In this document: piece after piece, positions 26,401 to 36,153 of the stretch
How the letters are laid out: the number at the start of each line of letters is the position of its first letter
How positions within the stretch are numbered: the stretch's first letter is position 1
Source: Macrostomum lignano
Taxonomy: Eukaryota
Reading direction: 5' to 3'
DNA length: 64,000 nt
NCBI GenBank assembly: GCA_002269645.1
Contig: NIVC01003425.1
Span: 91,208 to 155,207, forward strand
Position numbers and translations under genes: made by a program
Notes under the pieces: generated by a model
Database searches by the model: none
Seen by the model: only the letters and a program-made list of their open reading frames with translations
What the model was told of the DNA's origin: nothing

Positions 26401-27716
26401 TACCCCGATATGTACACCCTCCCGAGCCGCAGGCGCACCCTCCCGAGCCGTAGGCGCCCATGCCGCAGACGCCCATGCCGCAGGCACCCCGAGTGTACAC
26501 TCTACCGAGCCGCAGGCACCCCGAGTGTACACTCTACCGATATGTACACTCTACCACTCTCCCGATATGTAGTCAACGATATTAGGCTAGTGAAAACTAC
26601 TTATAGTAGGTGAAATTGAGTATATTTACATAAAAATGTAGATAAAACATATTGGTAGGTGAATAATGACGCATAATACATATTGGAGCATATGAGCAGC
26701 AAAAACACACAATGTAGGTGTATGGGCAGAAATAGACAAAGCAGGTACTGTAGGCGCTACATAGGTGGAAATACACACACAGCAGGTGCATACATACACA
26801 CAATGTAGGTGCAAATTGAGTATAATACAGGAAAATTACATAGCATATAATGTAGGCGCATTTTAAACAATACATTTTGCATATTAACCCGCAGGCACAA
26901 ATTTCAGTGCATAGGATAAAATACACACACTGGAAGTTAAGTATAATACAACATATGTATGCAAAATTAAGCATATAATGTAGGTGCAAAGTAAAATATC
27001 CAGCCCAGGATATTCGAGACACGCCCCCAGAGTCAGGGCCGGGGGATCCCAATGTACAGTGCGGGCGGAGTAACAGAGAAATTCCTCCCCAGGGCCGGGG
27101 GATCCCAAGTACAGTGCGGTCAGAGAGGAGTAACATAGAGAAATTCCTCCCCAGGGCCGGGGGATCCCAAGTACAGTTCAGGCAGAGAGCATTCCAATCC
27201 TCCCCAAATGGGGGGGTTATCAAAGACCCCTCACATTGCACAGGGCGGGCAGAATAACAGACCGCATACAAATAGGGGTTTTAGCGGATCCCAAGTACAG
27301 TGCGCTCCATGGTGTTAAATGAGGAAGGATCCCGCCCCAATGTACATTGGAGGTAGAGTAACAGACCGCATACAAAGAGAATTCCAGTCAAACTTTACCG
27401 CAGCTCCCACCCCAAATGAGGGTTTTAGTGGATCCCCAGAGGGTAGCTCTCCAAGTTGAGGGATCCCCCCAGTGTGTTGCGAGGCCCAAGTACAGTGCAT
27501 GCAGAGAGTAACAGAGTACAAAGAGAAATTCCCTTATCAGTCAAACTCGAGCGCGATCTTCAGCCAGGGCAGTCTCCTCCTCATCAGCGCTCTCGAAACA
27601 TCTGTCAAAGTAAAAATATTCAATGTAGACAGATTATATGTAATTTATATACGATTTATATGAAATTAAGCTTACCAAAAATCGGGTTCGCGCTGTACGG
27701 ATACGGCACGCCTCAA

Positions 27717-28214
27717 TTAGCAACCCTCGTCAAACAGATTTCCCCAAGGGTAGGGTTTGATGCTGTCAAGGCAGTCCTGCAGATTGTCCTCTGTCTTGAC
27801 TCGCTTGGCTGGAGGGGGTGCCTCAGGTGCCGGCTTGAAGAGCTTGTCCAAACGGGCGGCAAACATCCGGCGCCACAGTTCAGGCGTGAATTCGATCGTG
27901 TAGCGCCAATTAAACTTTGGGTCCTGATTGAGCCAATTGCGCAGCAAACGGATCCTCCCTCGCGAAGCTTCAACTGCCTTGAAATTGCCCAACAGGACCC
28001 GCTTGTTCACGTGAAGGCGGGCAGCAGCCTCCAGGTCAGGGCGCGCAGCTTCGAGCTTCTTCCACTCTGGCTCGGCCAAGTAGATTGCAGGGAAGCCGTC
28101 CTTCCACACTCCGGCCTCGTTGGTGTAGAGACGCCGAATTTCAATCAAGTTGTGTTCAGTTTCAAATGTGGGCTTCCGCGCCACAAAGTTTTCGTATAGA
28201 GAGATAGAAGACAT
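27717..28214 (-). CDS. Tandem PC4-like (ssDNA-binding) protein, 165 aa
   Basis: LIEIRRLYTNEAGVWKDGFPAIYLAEPEWKKL..PDLEAAAR matches the PC4 pattern [36 protein letters not shown]. A second degenerate unit RIRLLRNWLNQD..TIEFTPELW follows, then NLS-like PPPAKRVK and an acidic tail. Confidence 0.7.
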   Translation of the reverse strand: MSSISLYENFVARKPTFETEHNLIEIRRLYTNEAGVWKDGFPAIYLAEPEWKKLEAARPDLEAAARLHVNKRVLLGNFKAVEASRGRIRLLRNWLNQDPKFNWRYTIEFTPELWRRMFAARLDKLFKPAPEAPPPAKRVKTEDNLQDCLDSIKPYPWGNLFDEGC

Positions 28215-28456
28215 GATTTAGCAGCAGCAGCAGCAGAGAGCTCTCTGACAGCCGTGCAGCGCCTTATATACCCCCGGGTGGAGGGTGGGGTGGGTGATGA
28301 TTTTGGGGTGATTTTTGATGATTTTGGTTGGTTTTTGGCGATTTATCCAATAACAGGCGAGCTGAGCAGATTTTTTAGTATATATACAGACCCCCAGAGC
28401 CAGGGTAGAGAGATAAATCCTTCTCTCTCCGCTCTCTCACGCTCTCTGTTTGCAAA
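28215..28456. promoter_or_regulatory. Putative bidirectional promoter of the Polinton-like element
   Basis: 242 bp between head-to-head ATGs. TATATAA on the minus strand at 28264-28270 and TATATATA on the plus strand at ~28378-28385, each followed by a pyrimidine-rich leader. Confidence 0.5.
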
Positions 28457-31400
28457 ATGGCTAAACGCAGCGCCGCAGCAACTGCTTTTCTGGCTGACAA
28501 GAGGCAACGTCTTTATGGTAAGTTTTAATTAATTTCTGTCTAGACTGTAGTTGCTAGGGTGGGGGTAGGGGCTGAGCAGCAGCAGCAGCTGCAGGGTCTG
28601 TGGGACCGCAGAGTAAACAACAAAGACTGCTGCGACAGCTGCAGGGGTCTAGACTGGAGTTGCTAGGGTGGGGTGCTGCGGCAGGGTCTGTAACAGAGAG
28701 TTGCAGGGGAGGGCTAGACAAGTTTCAGCCGGGTGTGTGCTGATAAGAAATTGCTGCTAGGGGGGTGTTGTCCAGACAGGCTGCAGCTGGGGTGCAAATT
28801 GCTGCGACAGAGAGTTGCAGGGGTGAGTAAACAAAGACTGGGGTGGGGGTTGTCTAGACAGGGAGGGGTGTGCTGATAAGAAATTGCTGCAAAAACAGAC
28901 AGTTGCTAGGGTGCTGCGGCAGATAAGAAATTGCTGCAGAATCGTTGGGGCAGGCTAGACAAGTTACAGCCAGGTGGGGGCAGAGAGTTGCTGGGACTGT
29001 GTAGCGCGGGGACAGACTGATAAGAAATTGGCAGGGGCGCTACCCAGACAGGCTGCAGCTAGGTGCAAATTGCTGCGACAGAGAGTTGCAGGGGTGAGTA
29101 AACAAAGACTGCTGCGACAGGCTGCAGCGGGGGTGCAGATAAGAAATTGCAGAGAGTTGCTGCGGGGACAGCAGAGTAAACTCTGTTAAGAAATTGCTGG
29201 GGCTAGGGCGGGGAAACACGCTGGGGCCAGGAAAATGACAGATTCTTCTGGTTTTTTATCTCCTTGTGTTTTTTCAGACGCGTTTGTCCCGCCAACACAG
29301 CCGGAATCTGTTACCGGACCGGGTGAGTTATCCAGCCCCCCCATTTCCCACACAGACCCTAGCTGACTCACACTCCCCCATTCCCCCATGCAGGTTTTAC
29401 GGCTCGGCTGGATAATCAGCGTGACCTGCCCAAGTTTAGGGCAAAGGGTGTCGAGTATGTGGTGCATATTACCAACACCGAAGATTTGCGGGAGGTGTTT
29501 GCTGACATGCTCGAAGTTTTCAAGCAAGATTTGGCTGGTGATGACTTTATGGCCGCGAAATTCGAGAGCGACAATATGCTCAAAGCGGCCCACACTCCCC
29601 CGGTGCGTGCATCCCGCATGACGGCTGAATTGTTGTTTAAGCACATCAACAAGATTGTACAGTCGGATGCCACTGTCCTGACGGGCAACTTTTCTATCCG
29701 GTTGCTAAAGGCCTGGGTGCCTCGAGGTGGATGTGCTCTCGAGAACAAGCATCTAGAAGAGCGGCACGCCTTCTCCAAGCACTATGTCCGCATCACCAAC
29801 TCGGACAAGAGATGCCTGCTGCGCGCTCTGGTCGTGGCCTGCGCCTACCTGCAATTCGTGGCCAAGTCCATCACCAAGCAGGTGTGGCACACAATCAAGG
29901 CCAATTCGCCCACGCAGACTAAGCTGGTGGCTGAGCTACAAATCGAAGCTGGCCTCTACACGGTAAGTTTCTAGTATTTTTCCGATAAGAATTTTTACAC
30001 AGTATCGTGGAATACTAAAAGATATATTTTCTGATAAGAATTTTTACACAGTATCGGGAATACTAAAATTTTCTGATAAGATTTTTTACACAGTATCAGG
30101 GAATACTAAAAGAAATATTTTACCCTCCACACAGACTCTTCAAACCGTCTCGCAGGCTGGTCCTTTCGGGTTGGATGCACTGCCCGAAGCGATCCGTGCC
30201 CTGAACCGGCTGCATCCGGGGCGCGATTTTGGTGTACGAGTGTACAGGGCAGAGGAGGCCAACAGGTGCATCTTCAACCTGCCTGGCACCGAGATTCTGC
30301 ACCTGCACCTGGTCGAGCAGCACTTTAATGTGGTCACCAAGCTGCCTGCGTTTTTCGGCTCTGATCACTACTGCGCCAAGTGCGAGATGGCCTACGACTG
30401 CGCCAACGCCGAGCACAAGTGCGCTGACGCCTGCAGTACATGCAAGACTCCGGGCTCCAACTGTAAGGCAAACCGCGCATATGTAAGATGCCAGGATTGC
30501 GGGCTAAATTGCTATAATGCTCAGTGCCTAGAAAATCACAAGCGCAAGAATAAGGCGGGCAGATCGCGCTGTGATTCGGTCCACGTTTGCGGCACGTGTG
30601 GCTATCTAGAAGAACTAAAAGTAGGCCAGCCCCCTGAGCATCAGTGTGGTTATGCCAAGTGCCCAGTCTGCAAGCAGTACGACGAAACTGCCACCCACGA
30701 GTGCTTTGTCACCCCGCCCAAAGCCAAAGAGTCTAGCGCCCCGTATGTTTACTATGATTTCGAGACGTACGTGGACTCTGGCAAGCAGCACCGGGTACAC
30801 TTGGTTACGGCTGCCACCTCCTGCGAGGCGTGTCCCAAACTCTTCCCCAGGCCCCGCTGCAGCGTGTGCGGGGGACTACACAGCTCAGCCAATTGCATTG
30901 CGGGACGCGATTTGGCACTCGATTTCACGAGCTGTGCTCGCACAATGACTGTGCCTGTGGGATGCGAGAGTTTGTATCTGTCGGGCCGCACTCTATCGAT
31001 GCATTTTACTGCTGGCTGACTAGTGTGTTCAAGCAGGGGGCAATTGCTATTGCGCACAATGGCTCTGCGTATGACGCATTCCTCCTGCTCGGCGCCCTAC
31101 TCAACGGACTGGCCAAGAAGAAGCCGCAAGTGATCTTCCAGAACAGCCGCCTAATGTACATGAAGTGCGACAAGATCACCTTCAAGGACAGCCTCAATTT
31201 CATCCCTATTGGTCTGGCGCAATTCCCAAAGGCGCTTGGTTTGGGCACCCAACTGACCAAAGGAGATTTCCCGCACGTGTTTAACCAGCCTCAAAATTGG
31301 GGGTACGTCGGTCCCTACTGCTCAATTGATATGTACGGAGGAAAGAAAAACAAGCAGCATGACTCCATCGCTGACTGGCTGGCCAAGCAGGAGGGACAGG

Positions 31401-33495
31401 TGTTTAATTTCAATAAGGAGTACCTGGACTACTGCCTGCAGGACACGTTAATTTTGCGGGAAGGCTGTCTGAAATATACCCGCCTGATTAAGGACATTTG
31501 CGGACTGGACGCATTTGTCCAATCCAACACCATTGCGGGCTTGGCTATGGCTGTTTTCACCACCAAGTTTATGGAGCCCAACACTCTTGGGGTGATTTCC
31601 CGCCGGTCCGATGTACAGTCGCACAAGGCGCGGTGCTGGCTGGCACATTTAAATGCAACCGAGTTTGGCGGCCGGTTGCGGACAGCGGACTCGGGCGGCG
31701 AGGCTTTCGCCATGGGCCGTAAGGTCGACGGCTTCGACCCAGAGACCAGGACAGTGCTGCAGTTTCATGGCTGCTTCTTCCATGGCTGTCCCAAGTGCTT
31801 CCCCAACGGCGACGTGCTGCACCCGCTCAAGAACCAGCCAATGCGGGCGATTTATGAGGAGACTGAGCGCTTCACCCGGTTGCTCTCCACTGCATACAAT
31901 GTGCGTGTTCTGTGGGAGCACGATTATCAGGACGAGGGAGCGCCAGTCCAGCAGCCTATTCGCCTGGAGGATGCCCTGTTTGGCGGCCGTACCGAGGCTT
32001 TTGTCCCGCATGCCGAGGCCACCGAGACTGTAGAGCTGCGCTATCGGGATGTGGTAAGTTTGTACACTTGTACACACAGTTGACATGCGTTTGAGTTTAT
32101 CTTATCCTTATCCCCTAGGTGTCGCTCTACCCGACTGTCAACAAGTTTGACAAGTACCCTGTCGGGCACCCGGTTCACCACCCCGAGCCTCATCTACTGG
32201 ATGAGCTGCAGCTGGCCCGGTATTTTGGCATCGCCGAGGTGTCGATTCTGCCGCCAACCAATCTCCACATCCCGCTACTGCCCTCCAAGATTAACAAGAA
32301 GCTGGTTTTCGGCCTCTGCCGCGTCTGCATGGAGACCCAGTGCAGCAGCGAGTGTACACACACTGACGCTGAGAGAATGCTCCGCGGCACGTGGTCGACC
32401 CCAGAGCTCCACAAAGCCCTGCAGTTGGGTTACAAGCTGCAGTCAGTTCATGCCCTGGCCTATTGGACCGAGACTCGCACGGGCCTGTTTGCAGATTATG
32501 TAAACACCTTTTTGAAGCTCAAAGCCGAGTCTAGCGGTTCGCCGGGATGGCTGAGGACGCCAAGGCTGCCTACATGGCCAGCTTTTTCGAGCGCGAAGGC
32601 GTCCGGCTGGAAAAGGTGGAGGAGAATCCTGGCCTGCGCTTTGTTGCCAAGATTTTTCTAAACTCGTAAGTTTTTCTACTTGCAGTGGGGGCCATGTTTT
32701 TCTACTTACATAAAATTTATTTTTCCCCTGCAGGCTCTGGGGCAAGTTCTGCCAGCGCGACGACCTGACCTCCACAGAGATTGTGGACAGCTACGAGGCG
32801 TGGCTGCAGCGCCTGACAGACCCCTCGATCAAGGTCAAGTCGTGCGAGCCAATTGGGGAGAGCTTCATGATGCTCGAGTACAAGCCCCGATTTGGCGGTG
32901 CTGGCGAGCGGGCGTTCAAGTACGCCAATGTACCTATTGGCGTTTTCACCACCTCCCACGCCCGGCTGCGACTCTACGAGGCTCTGGAGGGTCTAGGAAC
33001 CCGCGTCATTTACGCCGATACCGATTCGTAAGTAATTTTTTCAACTGTCTCTGTCTCTCTTTCTCCCCTTAACACTTTTTATCCTTCTCCTCCTCCTCCC
33101 AGGGTCGTATACCGCTGCTCCCGGGCGAGTACGAGCCTCCGGGCGGTTCGAGTTTGGGGCAGTGGACTGACGAGGTACCTGCTGGCTGCCGCATGGTACA
33201 GTTCACCACGGGAGGCCCCAAGCTCTACCGGTACGTGGTGGAGAAGCCCGACAGGTCGCTGTACTCGGTGCTCAAGTGCAAGGGCATCAGAGTCACGCCC
33301 GAGATTTCCGAGCGCGAGGACGAGCTGCAGGAAATTCTGCGCCACGGGGGCTCTGTCCGCCTGCCCCAGGCCCAGTTCAGGCGCGATAAGGCCAGCTGTA
33401 CAATCCGGACCCTGGAGATGGACAAGACTTTCCAGCGCGTAATGACTAAGAGGGTGTATGGGGCCGCTAGCCGCCCGTATGGCTTTCGTGAGTGA
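28457..33495 (+). CDS. pPolB: Protein-primed family B DNA polymerase, 7 exons, ~1,270 aa after correcting three 1-nt deletions
   Basis: Exons 28457-28517, 29278-29322, 29394-29962, 30156 (or 30135)-32053, 32119-32665, 32734-33027, 33103-33495, all GT-AG. Motifs: NSDKRCLLRAL and EQHFNV (OTU-like Cys/His), Cys-rich region, ExoI YYDFET, ExoII HNGSAYD, ExoIII YCLQD, Vsr-like QFHGCFFHGC insert, motif A DV|VSLYP, B K..LNS|LWGKF, C YADTDS|V, C-terminal KRVY..SRPYGF. Frameshifts near 30925, 32545 and 33120. Confidence 0.9.
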
Positions 33496-33929
33496 GTGAA
33501 AGATAAGGATCTGTCTTTACACGCCTGGGATTCCCCTATGTGCCCACTTGGGATCCCTTGACTCTTGGGGTTGAAAAATGGTTTTACGCCCGCACTGTAC
33601 TTAGGGGTCCTTACTCATTTGACACCTCCTGTACATTAAGCGGGATTCCTTCAAGTGTTAAAACTCCCATTTGACACCTATTCCCTCGGGGCGGTTTGTG
33701 GCCCAGCGGTCCGCCTCTTGGAGTAGAACTCCTGACATGAACTTGCTGCGCTGATTAGCGTACTGATAGCGCAATCGAAATACGTCCATTTTTCTAGCCC
33801 ACTTGTGGGTACATTTACGTTGAAAGATGTTGATGCGTTCAATAACGTTGTAATAATAATAAGTCTCCACATCTTAGGGCGGCGAAACCTCCCTTTTGCT
33901 CATCTATTTTAGACAATAATGAGACTCTG

Positions 33930-34020
33930 ACCCCGGGAGGTTAATGGCCGAGCGGGTAACCCTGGCGGTATAAAACAGGGTGACCCAGGCTCGATTCCTG
34001 GCTGGGGGCTGTAGACTTTT
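33930..34020 (+). ncRNA. Candidate Pol III tRNA-like small RNA inside the Polinton-like element
   Basis: A box TGGCCGAGCGG (33945-33955), B box GGCTCGATTCC (33988-33998), T-arm ccagg/ctcgatt/cctgg, stem accctg/cagggt, closing stem ccccgg/ctgggg, TTTT at 34017-34020. Not a canonical tRNA. Confidence 0.45.
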
Positions 34021-36153
34021 CCGGCCCCTGCGTCCCTATTGGGTTTAATTGTGTTGAAAGTATATCGGGTCATTAGGCCGTGAACCCCCCCTTTTGGGAT
34101 TTCCCCGAACCGCTTTTGTTTAATATTTATGCACCTGCGGGTTAGACAATATTTACTCTTTAGTCGGTGCGACATTATTTACGCGTCTGTTGCACCTGGG
34201 CGTTTGCCTATAATCTGATTATACATGCGTGCCTGTATTATACAACTACACCTTATGCATGCCTTGTAAACCTGCTTTATACATTAATCCGATATGTATC
34301 GAAAGTACACTTTGTAAACCTGCTGTGTGTATTTCCACCTATGTAGCGTCTACAGTACCTGCTTTGTCTATTTCTGCCCATACACCTACATTGTGTGTTT
34401 TTGCTGCTCATATGCTCCAATATGTACATTTTAATATGCAATATGCGTCATTATTCACCTACCAATATGTTTTATCTACATTTTTATGTAAATATACTCA
34501 ATTTCACCTACTATAAGTAGTTTTCACTAGCCTAATATCGTTGACTACATATCGGGAGAGTGGTAGAGTGTACATATCGGTAGAGTGTACACTCGGGGTG
34601 CCTGCGGCTCGGTAGAGTGTACACTCGGGGTGCCTGCGGCATGGGCGTCTGCGGCATGGGCGCCTACGGCTCGGGAGGGTGCGCCTGCGGCTCGGGAGGG
34701 TGTACATATCGGGGTACATATCGGTAGGGTGGGCATACATATCGGTAGGTGCGCCTGCGGCTGGGGAGGGTCGCCGGTGGCTGGGGAGGGTCGCCTGCGG
34801 CTGGACGGCGCTTGGCGCCACGCGCCTGCGGCGCGCGCGCGCCGAGCGCCGATATCGATACGGGTATCGATCACCTAGTGATCGGGGCGCCAGCCAATGA
34901 GAGGCGAGGAGGGTTGACACCCACCTCACCTCCAAAATCAAGCCATCTGCCGTTGCTTAGTAGTCTCTTGGAATCAAGTTTGTATATTCTATTACACCTA
35001 ATTGAAAACCAAATACCAAATGAGTCAATATTTTTGTAGCAATAAGCCTTTTTTATCACTAGGTGCAATTCAAGAAGTGCAACCCCTCCGAGGGGTACAG
35101 ATAGTAAACAGTGAATCGGATGCAACAATGAAAGGTATAATTTTATTTTTTTAATATGATACAATCACATTATTAAAAATCAAAATCACCATATTTTTAT
35201 ATATGAGCATATATCTTACTCTAGATCTAAAACTGTTCATTCAATCCGAGTTGCTTTCTCTTGAGAAGCGTCTTGCTGCAAGGATATGCCGACTTTTAAA
35301 AAAGGATGACAACTTTGGTGGAATGCTAACAATTAAAGAATACCAAAATGAGGTATGTCAGTTTTTTCTTAGCATCAGCAGCATCACGTCTGTAGTATAA
35401 AAGTTCTACTATATAATAACATTTTTTAGGAATTTAGGTGCATTGATGGTTCCCTAGCTGAGCTGTCTTCAATTCTTTGCAACGATCCTAAGGTGTTCCT
35501 CCGAAGGTATATCAAGCTGCGATTTGGCGAAGGCTACTTGCTTGAGCATATAATCGATTCATCCTGTGGTGCTCGCAGTTCCCGAAGGCCTGCTCCATCT
35601 GAGCATGTGACAGAGTTTCAACGTAAATATATATATATAATTTTTTCACAGTTTTGTGCAATTTTTTTATTATAAAGCAATTTAGGCTAATTAATGCTAA
35701 ATGATCTGAATCCAATACTTGGGATATTTTCTAAAAAAACACATTTAGGTCTGAGATAAAAGAAATTGAGGAAAAATAGTTCTAAAGTTCAATACATCCC
35801 ATTGACCTATTTAATGATTAGCATCATAAATCAACTTCCTTTTAAATTTAGCCTATTTCTACTATAAACACAGTACACAATGTCTATTGTAAAAATATTT
35901 TACTATACTCGTGAATTTTCAGGTTTGCTTCAATTGTGCTATCGAACATCTGGCTACGACTTCCACGAAATCTGGAAGTCTGTACGAGACCATCTCAATC
36001 AGCTGGCCAGGGAGGAGACACGGGCGAGAAAGCGAACTTCAACTGCTGCTTCTGGACCCGAGTCAGGGGATTCCATTTCCCGCTCAAGGCGAATGGGACC
36101 GTGAATTGCGGAAAAAATTCTAGTAACTTTTGAATATTTGAATTGCTATTTTT

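Larger units (their letters stand above)
26153..34964. mobile_element. Minimal Polinton/Maverick-like element (8,812 bp): pPolB + tandem-PC4 protein; no integrase or capsid genes seen
   Basis: TIRs 26153-~26787 and ~34318-34964, nearly identical apart from one ~14-bp indel. Ends ACTACT...AGTAGT. 6-bp TSD CTCTTG (26147-26152 / 34965-34970). Removing it restores the host reading frame (..ATGLL|ES). Confidence 0.92.
25336..36104 (+). pseudogene. BEN-domain accessory gene of the CMC element, interrupted in exon 3 by the Polinton-like element
   Basis: In-frame GT-AG exons: 25336-25545, 25659-25995, 26079-26152+34971-34977, 35063-35134, 35225-35352, 35430-35622, 35923-36104. C-terminus FLRRYIKLRFGEGYLLEHII..GARSSRRPAP..V..FQRLL...EIWKSVRDHLNQLAREE resembles a BEN domain. 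Start codon is tentative. Confidence 0.7.

Noticed and set aside
26075-27271. ORFs in the left TIR mirrored at 34229-35164
   Set aside because: Identical mirror ORFs result from the inverted repeat; low complexity, no recognisable domain, and none resembles an integrase.
27456-28199. 247-aa plus-strand ORF as a possible third gene
   Set aside because: Non-ATG start, antisense to the PC4-like gene, no recognisable motifs.
30900-30930. Programmed ribosomal frameshift in pPolB
   Set aside because: No X_XXY_YYZ slippery heptamer seen, and similar 1-nt homopolymer losses occur in unrelated elements, favouring sequencing error.
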